Notes: generated from the sequence alone by a model not told the origin. A stretch of 20,000 bases of DNA from a bacterium (GCA_046331705.1 JAXLQJ010000001.1:371063-391062), one strand, 5' to 3'. Positions 1 through 9,798 are shown, counted from the stretch's first letter. A program made the numbers and translations.

Positions 1-458
1 CTGCGCCTCGTGATCGGCGACCGAAGAACGCGGTGATCGCGGAACTGGCGCGCGAGCGCGGGCTCACGTCGTTCGATGCGCAGGCGGTTGTCGACGGAAA
101 GCCTCACGACGCGTTCTTCCTCCTCGACGGCGAGCACCCCACGCCCGCGGGCCACGCGGCGCTGGCTGCGGCGCTGGCCCCCGTGATCGCGGAGGTGCTG
201 TGGCCCGCCGAGCCCCATCGGCTCGAGTGTGCGGCCTCCCTCGATCGAGCCGCGGTTCCGGGCTGGGCGCGTGGGAACGGCGTTGCTATGCTCGCGCCAC
301 TCGAGCTTGCCGCTGTTCGCGCGTCTTCCCCGGCCCGCGTCAGCGATCCGAGCCCATTCGATGGACGCCGAACGCCTCGCGCTCGCAGCCGCCGTGGACC
401 AACGGTGGCGCGAGTACGAATCCGCGCTGCCCAGCTCCGGTCTGCTCGCGCGCCGTGA
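1..458 (+). CDS. C-terminal part of SGNH/GDSL-type hydrolase (5' truncated; true 3' end uncertain)
   Basis: Frame is open from the window edge. 'FFLLDGEHPTPAGHAALAAAL' matches the SGNH block V DGxHP motif with its terminal helix. Sequence after ~220 looks low-complexity and overlaps the next gene, so the real end may be earlier. Confidence 0.6.
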   Translation, partial: APRDRRPKNAVIAELARERGLTSFDAQAVVDGKPHDAFFLLDGEHPTPAGHAALAAALAPVIAEVLWPAEPHRLECAASLDRAAVPGWARGNGVAMLAPLELAAVRASSPARVSDPSPFDGRRTPRARSRRGPTVARVRIRAAQLRSARAP

Positions 459-1245
459 CGGCGAGGTGGTCGAGATCCTCGACGGCAACGAGGAGGCCTA
501 TCTGCGCGCCCGCCCGGCTGGCTCGAACCACAGCTACGACGAGGCGCGCCAGATCATCGTGGACAGCATCCAGCGGATGCAGGAGAGCTCGCTCGGCTAC
601 CACGCGATCGTGGACCTGTTGCTCAAGACCGGACGCCGCCGCATGCAGACGCGCGGCGCGTCGCTCGCCGGGCTCGACGCACGGCCGCTCAAGGTGTTGG
701 AGGTCGCATCCGGCAGCGGCTGGTTCATGCGGCATCTGTGGCGAATCGCGCTCGCCGAGAGCACGCCGATCGAGCTCTGGGCGGGGGACATCAATCCCGA
801 GTTCGTGAGGTCGCTGGCGGCTCGTCTCGCGGCCGACGGCGTTCCGTGCCAGACCACCGTTTCCGACGCGCGTCACATGGCCGGCGTCGAGGACGGCCGT
901 TGGGACGTGGCGTTCATGTCCTATACCTTGCACCACTTCCGGCCCACCGACGCGGCGCTGTGCTTGCGCGAGCTGGATCGCGTCTCGAACGGCGGGATGG
1001 TCATGGTGGACATCGCGCGCAACGCCTTCGGGCTCGCGTTCGGACGCGTCGCGTACGGCTTCGTCGATCCAGGCGGTGCGCGCTACACCCAGCACGACGG
1101 TCTGGCGTCGGTGCGCCGCGCCTACAACGTCCGTGAGCTCGAGCTCTTCCTGGAATGGGTGGGCATTCGGGACCGGTATCACGTCGGTGCGTTGCCCACG
1201 TGGCATCCGCAGCGGTTGATCGCGAACGCCATCTGGCCGAAGTGA
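361..1245 (+). CDS. Class I SAM-dependent methyltransferase
   Basis: ATG at 361. Motif I 'VLEVASGSG', acidic motif 'AGDIN', 'WDVAFMSYTLHHF' and C-terminal 'HDGLASVRRAY'. Stop overlaps the next GTG (GTGA). Confidence 0.85.
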   Translation: MDAERLALAAAVDQRWREYESALPSSGLLARRDGEVVEILDGNEEAYLRARPAGSNHSYDEARQIIVDSIQRMQESSLGYHAIVDLLLKTGRRRMQTRGASLAGLDARPLKVLEVASGSGWFMRHLWRIALAESTPIELWAGDINPEFVRSLAARLAADGVPCQTTVSDARHMAGVEDGRWDVAFMSYTLHHFRPTDAALCLRELDRVSNGGMVMVDIARNAFGLAFGRVAYGFVDPGGARYTQHDGLASVRRAYNVRELELFLEWVGIRDRYHVGALPTWHPQRLIANAIWPK

Positions 1246-2744
1246 TCGGCATCGCGCCACGGCTGCGACGGTCCATTCGAGCCGTCGCGATCGTTCTCGT
1301 CGGCACGTCGCTGGCGCTCGGCCTCGCGCGCTGCGATCGAAGCGGCGCGCGCCGCACCGCCACTCCCGCCGCGACCTCAGCGAGCACGCCGGTAGCCCGC
1401 GCGCAGCCCAACGTGCTCTTGGTCGTCGTCGACACGCTCGCCGCGCGTCACCTCGATGCCTACGGTTACGCGCGGCGCACCGCGCCCTTCCTCGCCGAGG
1501 AAGCGGCGCGCGGCACGCTCTTCGAGGACGTCACCGCGGCGGCTCCGTTCACGGCGCCCGCGGTGGCGTCGATCTTCACCGGGCTCGACGGGATGCACCA
1601 CGGCGTTGCCGGGCACCTCCCGGACCTTCGCTTCTCTCGCGCGCACCACACGCTGGCGGAGGCGTTTCGGGACGCGGGCTACGCCACCGTGGGCGTGGTC
1701 ACGAACCCCTGGCTCAGCGCGGCGCGCGGCTTCGACCAGGGCTTCGACCGCTACCTCCACGCGAACGACGGTGACGCCGCCGCGCGTGCGGCGACGTTGC
1801 TCGGCGAGCTGGGCAAGCTGCCCGAGGGCCGGCCGTGGTTCGCGTGGCTGCACCTGCTCGACACGCACATGCCGTACTCGCCGAGCGCCGCCAACCGCGA
1901 CCGCTTCGACGCCACCGCCGCCCAGAGCTTGCCGCTCGCTCATTTCCTGAAGCGGCCGATCTCCGTCGACTCGATCTTCTTCGAGTACCGCTACACGCCC
2001 GACGACGTGGAGCGGACCCGCGCGCTCTACGACGCCGCGATCCTCACGGTCGACGAGGTGCTGCGCTCGACCGTCGCCGCGCTACGCGCCCGTCCCGGGG
2101 GCGACGAGCTGGTGGTGGTCTACACCTCGGATCATGGCGAGGCGCTCTGCGAGCACGGACTGTGCTGGTCGCACGAGTTCACGCTCTACCAGGAGCTGAT
2201 GGGCGTGCCACTCGTGGTGCGGGCGCCGGGGCGGGTGCCGGAGGGGGCACGCGTGGCCGCCCCGGTGCGCGCGATCGACGTCGCGCCCACGCTCACCGAG
2301 ATCGCCGGGGTGCCGTTCGGCACGGCGATCGACGGCGCGAGCGCGGTTGCGCTCGCTCGTGGCGCCGCCGAGCCCGCCGCCCGCGTCGCCTTCGCGGAAA
2401 GCGCCCCCTATCGCGAGAAATACAAGAAGAACCCGCGCATCCACGTGCACGGCGACGAAGGCCGCTGGAAGATGGTGCGCGACGGGAAGTGGAAGTTGAT
2501 CGAGGTGCCGCGGGTCGCCAGCGATCCCGGCCAGGACGAGATCGAGCTCTACGATCTGGCGCGCGATCCGACCGAGACGCGAAACGTCGCCGCCGAGAAT
2601 CGCGAGGTCGTCGCGAAGCTGCGCGCCGCGATCGCCGCGTGGGTGAAGACGCGTCGCGCCGCGCCTCCCGACGACGCGCCGCCGCTCACGATCTCGCCGG
2701 AAGAGCGCGAGAGCCTCACGAGCCTCGGTTACGCCGGGCCGTGA
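1242..2744 (+). CDS. Sulfatase/alkaline-phosphatase superfamily protein with N-terminal signal or anchor
   Basis: In-frame GTG at 1242 overlaps the upstream TGA. Hydrophobic N-terminus. Motifs 'PNVLLVVVDTL', 'TAPAVASIFTG', 'GFDQGFDRY', 'HLLDTHMPY', 'YTSDHGE', 'ELYDLARDPTETRN', 'LTSLGY'. Confidence 0.9.
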   Translation: MIGIAPRLRRSIRAVAIVLVGTSLALGLARCDRSGARRTATPAATSASTPVARAQPNVLLVVVDTLAARHLDAYGYARRTAPFLAEEAARGTLFEDVTAAAPFTAPAVASIFTGLDGMHHGVAGHLPDLRFSRAHHTLAEAFRDAGYATVGVVTNPWLSAARGFDQGFDRYLHANDGDAAARAATLLGELGKLPEGRPWFAWLHLLDTHMPYSPSAANRDRFDATAAQSLPLAHFLKRPISVDSIFFEYRYTPDDVERTRALYDAAILTVDEVLRSTVAALRARPGGDELVVVYTSDHGEALCEHGLCWSHEFTLYQELMGVPLVVRAPGRVPEGARVAAPVRAIDVAPTLTEIAGVPFGTAIDGASAVALARGAAEPAARVAFAESAPYREKYKKNPRIHVHGDEGRWKMVRDGKWKLIEVPRVASDPGQDEIELYDLARDPTETRNVAAENREVVAKLRAAIAAWVKTRRAAPPDDAPPLTISPEERESLTSLGYAGP

Positions 2745-2793
2745 GCGGGCGCCGACTCGCCGAATCCACGCAGGCAGCATCGCGCCGCGCGGC

Positions 2794-2799
2794 TAGAAT
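2794..2799 (+). promoter_or_regulatory. Possible -10 element (TAGAAT) upstream of the FNR-like gene
   Basis: TAGAAT in GC-rich intergenic DNA, followed by a purine-rich RBS-like GAGAGGGAG and ATG at 2821. No clear -35. Confidence 0.35.
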
Positions 2800-2820
2800 C
2801 CCAGAGAGGGAGCCTCGTTC

Positions 2821-3561
2821 ATGCCGAAACTTCCGGTCGAGCTCGTGTCGCGCGACGAGATCGCGCAGGGCACGTTCCGTTTTCGCTTCACCAAGCCCGC
2901 GGAGCTCGCGTTCCAGGCGGGCCAGTACGTGTCCTTGGGAATCCCGGACCCGCCCTATCGAGACAAGAAGGGGCCGCGCCGCCCGCTCACCCTCGCGTCC
3001 GCGCCGAGCGACGACGTCCTCGAGTTCGCGTGGCGCACCAGCGACAGCGCCTTCAAGACGATCCTCGCCGAAGCTCCGCTCGGCAGCAGCTACGAGGTGG
3101 TGGGACCGATCGGCGCGTTCGTGCTGCACGAGGACGCGTCCGTCCCGGCGGTCTTCGTGGCCGGCGGGATCGGCATCACGCCCTTTCGCAGCATGCTGCG
3201 CGACGTCGCTGCCCGCGGGCTCACGCACGCGATCACGCTCGTCTACTGCAATCGGGATCCGGAGGGCGCCGCATACCTGGACGAGCTGCGCGAGCTTTCC
3301 GCGCGCATTCCCAAGCTCCGCCTGGTGCTCACCATGACGCGCGCCGAGGAATCCAAGCGCGGCTGGGACGGCCTGCGTCGTCGTGTGGATCTGGATTTCC
3401 TGCGCGAGATCGTCGGCGACCTGAATACGCCGAGCTTCTACGTGGCCGGCCCCTCGCGGATCATCGCCGCCGTGAGCGAAGCCCTCGCCGCCGCCGGCGT
3501 CGACCCGACCCGCCTCAAGAAGGACGAGTTCACGGGTTACGGAGCGGCGCCGCGAGCGTGA
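2821..3561 (+). CDS. Ferredoxin-NADP(+) reductase-like FAD/NAD(P)-binding oxidoreductase
   Basis: 'FQAGQYVSL', FAD motif 'RPLTLAS', 'GPIGAF', NAD-binding 'AGGIGITPFRSM', 'FYVAGP', C-terminal 'DEFTGY'. Confidence 0.9.
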   Translation: MPKLPVELVSRDEIAQGTFRFRFTKPAELAFQAGQYVSLGIPDPPYRDKKGPRRPLTLASAPSDDVLEFAWRTSDSAFKTILAEAPLGSSYEVVGPIGAFVLHEDASVPAVFVAGGIGITPFRSMLRDVAARGLTHAITLVYCNRDPEGAAYLDELRELSARIPKLRLVLTMTRAEESKRGWDGLRRRVDLDFLREIVGDLNTPSFYVAGPSRIIAAVSEALAAAGVDPTRLKKDEFTGYGAAPRA

Positions 3562-3613
3562 TGCGGTGGTGCCTCCCGCGCGCGGCGCGCGCTGAGCACG
3601 AGGTCGAGCACCG

Positions 3614-4753
3614 ATGGACGTGGACGTCACGATCGTCGGCGGCGGCGTCGTGGGCGTCGCATGCGCGGCGGCGCTCGCGGCACCCTCGCGCAGCGTGCTC
3701 CTGATCGAGCGGAACGCGCGGCTCGGCCTCGAGACGTCGAGCCGCAACAGCGGCGTCATCCACGCGGGCATCTACTACGCGGAGGGCTCCCTCAAGGCAC
3801 GCCTGTGCGTGGAGGGACGCGAACGGCTCTATCGCCATTGCGTCGAGCGAGGCGTTCCGCATCGCCGGATCGGCAAGCTGATCGTCGCAACCGACCCCCG
3901 CGAGGAAGAAGCGCTCGAATCGATCCGGCGTCGTGCCGAGGCGAACGGCGTCTCGAGCCTCGTGCCGCTCGATGCGCCGCAGCTGCGCGCGCTGGAACCG
4001 GAGGTGCGCGCGACGGCGGCGCTTCACTCGCCCGAGACCGGCATCGTCGACGCCTTGGCGCTGGTCGCGTCGCTCTGGCGCGAAGCCCAAGACGGCGGTG
4101 CCGAGCTGGTGCTGGGCACCGAGGTCGGCGCCCTCGATCGGGTGCGCGACGGCTGGCGGGTCACCACCGCGACGCGCGGCGGCGGCCGCTCGGAGCACAC
4201 GAGCCGGCTGGTGGTGAACGCTGCTGGGCTCGCGAGCGACACGATCGCGGCGCGCGCGGGCATCGACGTCGACGCGGCGGGCTATCGGATCCACGCCATC
4301 AAGGGCGACTACGTCTCGGTGGCGCCAGCAGCGGCGCGGCGCGTGAGCCGCCTCGTCTATCCGGTTCCTCCCGCGGCAGGTCACGGTCTCGGCGTCCACT
4401 GGACGCTCGACCTCGAAGGGCGCGCGCGGCTCGGGCCGGATGCCACGTGGATCGACCGCGATGCGCCCAGCTACGCCGTGGATGCGACGAAGTGCGCTCG
4501 CTTCTTGGAAGGCGCGCGCCGCTTCCTGCCGTTTCTCGCGCTGGAGCAGCTGGCACCCGAGTCGAGCGGGATCCGTCCGTCACGCCGCGCGCCCGGCGCA
4601 CCCGAGCAGGACTTCGTGGTGGCGCACGAGAGTGCCCGCGGCTTGCCCGGACTCGTGAACCTGATCGGCATCGAATCGCCTGGCCTCACCTCGTGCCTGG
4701 CGATCGCCGCTCACGTCCGCGCACTCCTCGCCAGCGCCGATCTCCTCGACTGA
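3614..4753 (+). CDS. FAD-dependent oxidoreductase, L-2-hydroxyglutarate oxidase (LhgO)-like family
   Basis: Rossmann 'IVGGGVVG', 'ETSSRNSGVIHAGIYY', 'GLGVHWTLDL', 'GPDA', 'NLIGIESPGLTS'. Confidence 0.9.
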   Translation: MDVDVTIVGGGVVGVACAAALAAPSRSVLLIERNARLGLETSSRNSGVIHAGIYYAEGSLKARLCVEGRERLYRHCVERGVPHRRIGKLIVATDPREEEALESIRRRAEANGVSSLVPLDAPQLRALEPEVRATAALHSPETGIVDALALVASLWREAQDGGAELVLGTEVGALDRVRDGWRVTTATRGGGRSEHTSRLVVNAAGLASDTIAARAGIDVDAAGYRIHAIKGDYVSVAPAAARRVSRLVYPVPPAAGHGLGVHWTLDLEGRARLGPDATWIDRDAPSYAVDATKCARFLEGARRFLPFLALEQLAPESSGIRPSRRAPGAPEQDFVVAHESARGLPGLVNLIGIESPGLTSCLAIAAHVRALLASADLLD

Positions 4754-4884
4754 CCCGCTCGGCAGGGCGCGCTCGCGTCTCGCGCGCCGCGCGCCGAGCG
4801 CGAAACCGTCTCACGCATGAGCCGACCGAGACGATCGCCGGCGGCGCGTCTCAATCGTTTCGCGGTCTTCGCCGCGTCGTCGCG

Positions 4885-4900
4885 CGGCACGCCGCTTTCA
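4885..4900 (+). promoter_or_regulatory. Possible sigma54 (-24/-12) promoter
   Basis: CGGCACG-CCGC-TTTCA versus consensus TGGCACG-N4-TTGCW (two mismatches, one in the conserved -12 GC). Lies upstream of RBS GGAGGA (4931-4936). Confidence 0.3.
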
Positions 4901-4942
4901 GTGGGTGCTCGCGAATCCCGCTCTCGAAAAGGAGGATCCGCC

Positions 4943-5581
4943 GTGCACCGCATGCGCCACACGATCGACGAGATTCGCCCCTGGTCGCTCGGCCCTCGCA
5001 GCATCGAGCGCCATCCTCACGGCGCCGATCACGACACCCGCGAGCTGCTTCGCCACGGCCTGCGCGCTCGCATCACGGCGGCGCCCACGGGAGGCTCGCA
5101 TCCGCCGCCGAGCGTGCGCGCGCGGCGCCCGGTGGTGCGCTCGTGGCGCAGCACGCGCGTGGGGGCGCGGGCCGAGCTCGCCGCCCGCGAAGCGAGCGCC
5201 GCGCGCTCCGGCACGGCGGAGGACGCCACCCTCCGGCGTCACGATCACGCTGCCGGGCTCGTCGGCATGGCGCTCGGCACCGCCATCGGGCTCGCACTGC
5301 TTCGGTGCGCCGGACCGTGGGCGTTTCGCGCCGACTGGATGGTCGCGACCGTGCCGCTGCTCACGCTGTGGGCCTCGGTCGGCGGGCTGGTGGCCATCTC
5401 GATCGTCCGCGCGCGGCGCGGCGAGGAGCCGCTTCCGGAGCTCACGGCTCGCGGCCCCCTCGGCGAACGTCGCTCGCTCGCGCGGCCGGTTGCGATCGGG
5501 GCGATCCTCGGCGTGGTGCTGGTCGCGGCCCTGCGCGTCGGCATCGCGGTGTCGAGCTGGCTGCCTGCGGTGCCGAGCTGA
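4943..5581 (+). CDS. Hypothetical membrane protein (about 3 TM segments in C-terminal half)
   Basis: GTG at 4943 preceded by GGAGGA. Hydrophobic segments 'GLVGMALGTAIGLALL', 'WMVATVPLLTLWASVGGLVAISIV', 'VAIGAILGVVLVAALRVGIAV'. Arg-rich middle may hide an indel. Confidence 0.55.
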   Translation: MHRMRHTIDEIRPWSLGPRSIERHPHGADHDTRELLRHGLRARITAAPTGGSHPPPSVRARRPVVRSWRSTRVGARAELAAREASAARSGTAEDATLRRHDHAAGLVGMALGTAIGLALLRCAGPWAFRADWMVATVPLLTLWASVGGLVAISIVRARRGEEPLPELTARGPLGERRSLARPVAIGAILGVVLVAALRVGIAVSSWLPAVPS

Positions 5582-5617
5582 ACTCCCAGCACCGCGCCGT
5601 GCCGGGCCGATTCGCGG

Positions 5618-7641
5618 TCAGAGCGCGGCGCGCCGTCGGGTGCCGCGACGCAGCAGGCGCAGCGCCGCGAAGAGCGCGAGCGCCGCGCCGAAGGGAGGCA
5701 TCCAGGCGCCGCGCGCGCGCGAGCCTCCGCTCCCTGCTTCCGCAAGCTCGGGGGTGAGGCAGCCGGGGGTCGAAGCGGTGCAATCGTCGTCGACGCCGTT
5801 GCCGGGGATCTCGATGGCGCCGGGGTTCACGTTCGGGTTGGCGTCGTTGCAGTCGGCGGCGCCGCACACGCCGCCCTCCGCGGCGAAGCCGTCGCGGTCG
5901 CCGTCGGTGCATGGAGCGGCATTCGCTTCGAACGCGCCGGCGTCGCACGCACCCGCGTTCCGGACGTAGTTACGCTGATCGCGCGTCGAGCACGAGGCCG
6001 CGACACCGGCATCGATCGCCACGCTGCCGGCGCCGAGCGCGCGAGTCTCGGAAAGCCCGCCAGCGAGCGCGAGCGGCTCGAGCGCCAGCGCGGCCACGCT
6101 CACCGCCGATTGGTCGTGCGCGGCAGCGAGCCCGCAGCTCGCGATCGGGCTCTCGACGTTGCCGCCCAGCGACGCCAGGGGGACGGTGCCGTCGCAGACG
6201 CTCAGCACCGGTGCCGCGGGCGGCGCGATCGCGTAGCTCGCCGCGAGAATCGAGTTGGCGAGCGTGGTCGTGCCGTTGGAATCGACGTTGCCGCCACGAA
6301 CCGCACCGGCGACCTCCGAGGTGCCGGACACCACCACGTTGTCCGCGAACGTCGCGTGCGCGACCGCCCTGCCGTTGGCCTGCAGCCCGCCGCGCTGGCG
6401 TCGCCCCGCGTCCGACGGACAACGGGCTGTCGTGGCCGTTGCCACCCACCGGCGTTCCCGACCAGCGTGGCGTTGACGAGCGCGGCGGTCGCGCCGCTCG
6501 CGACGAAGATACCGGCGCCGCTCGCCGCGCCACCATCGCGCGGCTCCATGTCGCGAACCCGTTGCCGCCGACCTGGCGTTGTCGCGGCGATCAGCGTGCG
6601 CTCGATCGTCACCGTGCCGACGCGAGCCGAGAGCGCCGCGCCACGCGGCAGCGCCCGGCTCACCGCTGCCCGCGCTGGCGCGGTTCTCGCGGATCACCGA
6701 GTCGGCGACCGTGGCGGTGCCACCGGCAAGCGCCACCGCGCCGCCGCTCGCATCTCCCGGGATCCCCCAGTCCACGCCGAGGTACTCGGCGCCATTGCCG
6801 CCGACCGCCTCGTTCTCGACCAGCAACGAGCGCAGAACCGTCACCTCGCCCTCGCTGTAGAGCGCGCCGGCCTCGGCCGCTCCGCCGTTTCCGACGCGAA
6901 AGCAATGGCAGGGGTTTTCGTCGGTGCAGCAGTAGGCGGCGCCGTCGCCGCCCTTCGCCCGGTTGTTGCTCACGCGCGCGCCGTCGAGGATGAGCGTACC
7001 GGTGGCGGAATTGAAGATGCCTCCCCCGGTCCCCGAACCGCCATCGCGAACGCCGCCGCCACGGGCCTCGTTGCCGGTCACCACGACTCGCACGAGCGTG
7101 AGATCGCCGTCGTTGCGGAGGCCGCCGCCAGCCACGGGCTCGCTGGGCGCCCCCACCAGCGATCCACCGGTGATCGTGAGGTCCTGGATGTGAACCGTCG
7201 CGTTCGAGGCGACCTGAAGCACGCGATCACCGGAGCCCGCCGCCGTGATCGTCGTCATCGCGGCGCCGCGTCCAGCCAGGCGCAGGTCCTCACGGACGTC
7301 CAGATCGCCGGTGGCTGCGGAGTCCTCGGCGGAGCCGACGATCGTCAGCGCGTAGCTCGCTGCGTCGAGAACGATCGTGTCCTCGCCGGGCGATCCGGCG
7401 GCGCACGCGTCCACGGCCGCATTGGAATTCGCCGCCAGCACCGCCTCGCGCAGCGTGCAATTCCCGTTCGCACCCTGGTCGGCGTCGTCTGCCGTGGCAT
7501 GCACTTCGTAGAGCGTGGCGCTCGCCGTCGACGACGCGGACAACGCCAGGCACAGGCTCCACGCGAGCGTTCTCGTCCGCGGCTGGAATGCTGCGCTCGC
7601 GAACGTGGCGAACGCAACGATCGAGCCGCACGCGTGCTCAT
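5618..7641 (-). CDS. Secreted CSLREA-domain / choice-of-anchor-Q beta-helix protein with Cys/Asp metal-binding motif and C-terminal TM anchor (apparent indels)
   Basis: ATG at 7641 with GAGGAG RBS; needs a frameshift to join the signal-like 'TLAWSLCLALSASSTASA'. Motifs 'GNCTLREAVLAAN', 'GDLDV', repeated GGG-I/L-x-N, 'DQRNYVR..ACDAGAFE', 'DCNDANPNVNPGAIEIPGNGVDDDC', and a hydrophobic+basic tail. Between ~6380 and 6650 the sensible reading is in another frame ('GAGIFVASGATAALVNATLVGN'). Confidence 0.8.
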
Positions 7642-7779
7642 GACATCGCTCCTCGTCGTCGAAAGAATCGCGCGACGAGCGGCCCGAACGGCCACCGCTC
7701 GCGTCGATGGTACGCGCCGCCGTGGAACCGCCACAAGCATGCGGCCGCGCGACCGCGCTGCATCCTGGCTTGGCGTGAC

Positions 7780-8536
7780 GAGCAGGATCGGCGCAGCTCG
7801 ACGAGCCACGCTTCGATCTCACTCGCGTTTCGCGGCTCGTGCGGAAGCGGCGATGCAGGGCGCGTCGTCGAGCGCGGCGAAGAGCGCGTCGAGGCGCGGC
7901 GCCCACGTCGCGATGCTCGTTGCCAGCGCCGCGCGCTCGACGCTTGCGTTCGATGAAATTCGTTCACGCCCTCGAGCGCCATCTCGTCCGCCAGCTCGGT
8001 GAGATCGATCACGAAACCTGCCGGTTCGGAGCAGATGAATGCCCGTCGACGCCGTGCAGGGCACGTAGAGCAGACAGCGGCCGTGGGACGTTCCGCGAGG
8101 CGGACGCGCTGCTGCGTCGCGAAGCCGCGGTAGTGGCCGTGGAAGCGACGGCTCAGCGCGCGGTTCGCGATCGGGCGCAGCGTGTCAGTTCCGGCGAGGT
8201 CAGAGCGCCGTGCAACCGAGGACGCGTTCCAGGAAGTTCCCGTTGCCACGCAAGATGCCCGCGAGCGCCGGGCCGACCTCGTTCGACGTGTAGTCGATCT
8301 CGACGCCCTCGAGGGCACTTCCGCTCGATCGGGCGTGGCGCGCGGCGGTTCGAGCCCCAGCAGTGCATCGGTGGGCGCCGTGGATCGCCTTGAGGTCGAG
8401 GTCGCTGTCGGGCGACGGAAGCCGGCCACGTGGGCGCAACTCAGGTACACGACGAGGTGCATGCGGCGCGCGGTCCTCGGCGCGATCGGCTCGCGATCGT
8501 GCGCTGATGCGAGGTGAGCCGTGCGTCGACGCTCAT
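7780..8536 (-). CDS. Pol-beta superfamily nucleotidyltransferase, RlaP/YcgL-like (second of pair; frameshifted; 3' end approximate)
   Basis: ATG at 8536 overlaps the upstream TGA (ATGA). Pieces across frames: 'MSVDARLTSHQRTIA', 'HLVVYLSCAH..GF', 'PSPDSDLDLKAIH' (DxD), 'GVEIDYTSNEVGPALAGILRGNGNFLERVLG', 'LSRRFHGHYRGFATQQ', 'TGIHLLRTG', 'LPHEPRNASEIEAWLVELR'. Confidence 0.8.
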
Positions 8537-9776
8537 GCCGACCACTCGGCCGCGGGCGGCGCCGGCGCGTCACGGCCCCGGCCCCGGCGTCTGCGGAGAA
8601 GCGCCGCGCGACCTCGACGCCGATCCGCCGCGCGAGCGCGTCGGCGCGAGCGAGGTCCGCGCGCGGCGGCAGGCGCGTGGAGGCGCGGGGCCGCGTCGAG
8701 CGCGGGGATGAGCGAGTCGGCCTCGGCCATCACCTCGGCCAACGGAACCTCGCCGCGCTTGATCGAGGCCAGGCGTTCGTGCACCGCGCCGCTCGGAGCG
8801 AAGACGGGCTCGCCGTTTCGCAGCCACTCCGTCGCGGTCCAGATCAATCGCAGCAGGGTTGTACGCGTTCTTGGGCCGAAGCTCTCGCGCGGCAGCTCGA
8901 AGGAATGAGCGCGCTCCCGGGCGAATGCGACCAATGCGCGAAGTCGCTGCGGCAGGAATCCTGATCGTGAAGCGAGCGGTAGAGCTGCTTCACCCATTGC
9001 TTGCACTCGAGCGCGTGGCTCGAATCACCGGCGCCGGGCGCGCGCGACGTGCGCAACGCGATGCGCGCGGCCACCTGATCGAGATCGAGCGTGGGTTCCT
9101 CGCGCAGCCAGGCCAGCACGTCGTCGCGATGAGCGGCCAGTCGCGCGCTTTGCTGAAGGCGCCGCAGCTGCGCGATGGCGTAGCGGCGCCCGGGCTGGTG
9201 ACCGTGGATCTCCGCGGAAGCGAAGGCGTCGCGCTCGCCGAGGAGCCAGGCACCGATCTCGTCGAGCAATTCGGGCTTCCGGCACGAACAGCATCTCGAG
9301 GGTGTTGGGATCGGCGCGCAACGCCTGGCGGATCGCCTTCTCGATGACGGACCAGTAGGTGCGCGTGCCGTCGAGGCTCACCAGGTCGTGTGGCGGTTCG
9401 ACCAACCCCGCGATCAGGGCAGCAACGCAGACCTCCGCGCGCGTATCGACGTCGGACGACTCGTCGGCGAGCCCACGCCCGCGAGCCCACCACCGTCTCG
9501 GGGACGCGGCCTGGCGCGCCGGACCGACCAGCTCGCCTCGCGGCGCATGAAGGGACTTGCCCGACTTCGTCGCGGCAGCAGCACGTCGGCGCGGGCACAG
9601 CGAAGGCGGCCGACGCCGACGACCGTCACCTCGGTAAAATCCGCCGTCGCCCAGGTGACGCGGCCGACGGTGCCCTGTGGCACGGTCCGCTCGCCCAGCG
9701 CGCGATCGACGCGCAGCACCACCTCGGTGCCGTGCAGCAGCAGCACTCGCCGCGGGTCGAGATCCGCGAGGCTCAC
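8533..9776 (-). CDS. Pol-beta superfamily nucleotidyltransferase, RlaP-like, with extra N-terminal beta-rich domain (first of pair; frameshifted)
   Basis: GTG at 9776 with GAGG upstream. Pieces across frames: 'HGTEVVLRVDRALGERTVPQGTVGRV', 'ETVVGSRAW' + 'GLADESSDVDTR' (GS...DxD), 'EKAIRQALRADPNTLEMLFVP', 'YAIAQLRRL', 'KQLYRSLHDQ', 'LLRLIWTATEWLRNGEP', 'LASIKRGEVPL'. TGA at 8533-8535. Confidence 0.8.
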
Positions 9777-9798
9777 GCGCCTGGCGCCTCATCGCGCG

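Noticed and set aside
3661-5757. Long Arg/Ala/Pro-rich alternative ORFs (e.g. 3661..5757, 1835..3337, 14511..17384, 15593..17692, 6110..8002)
   Set aside because: Shadow frames of real genes in very high-GC DNA, with no recognisable motifs.
7642-7906. N-terminal extension of the 762-aa CSLREA ORF
   Set aside because: Overlaps the end of the second nucleotidyltransferase and is low-complexity. An RBS+ATG at 7641 fits better.
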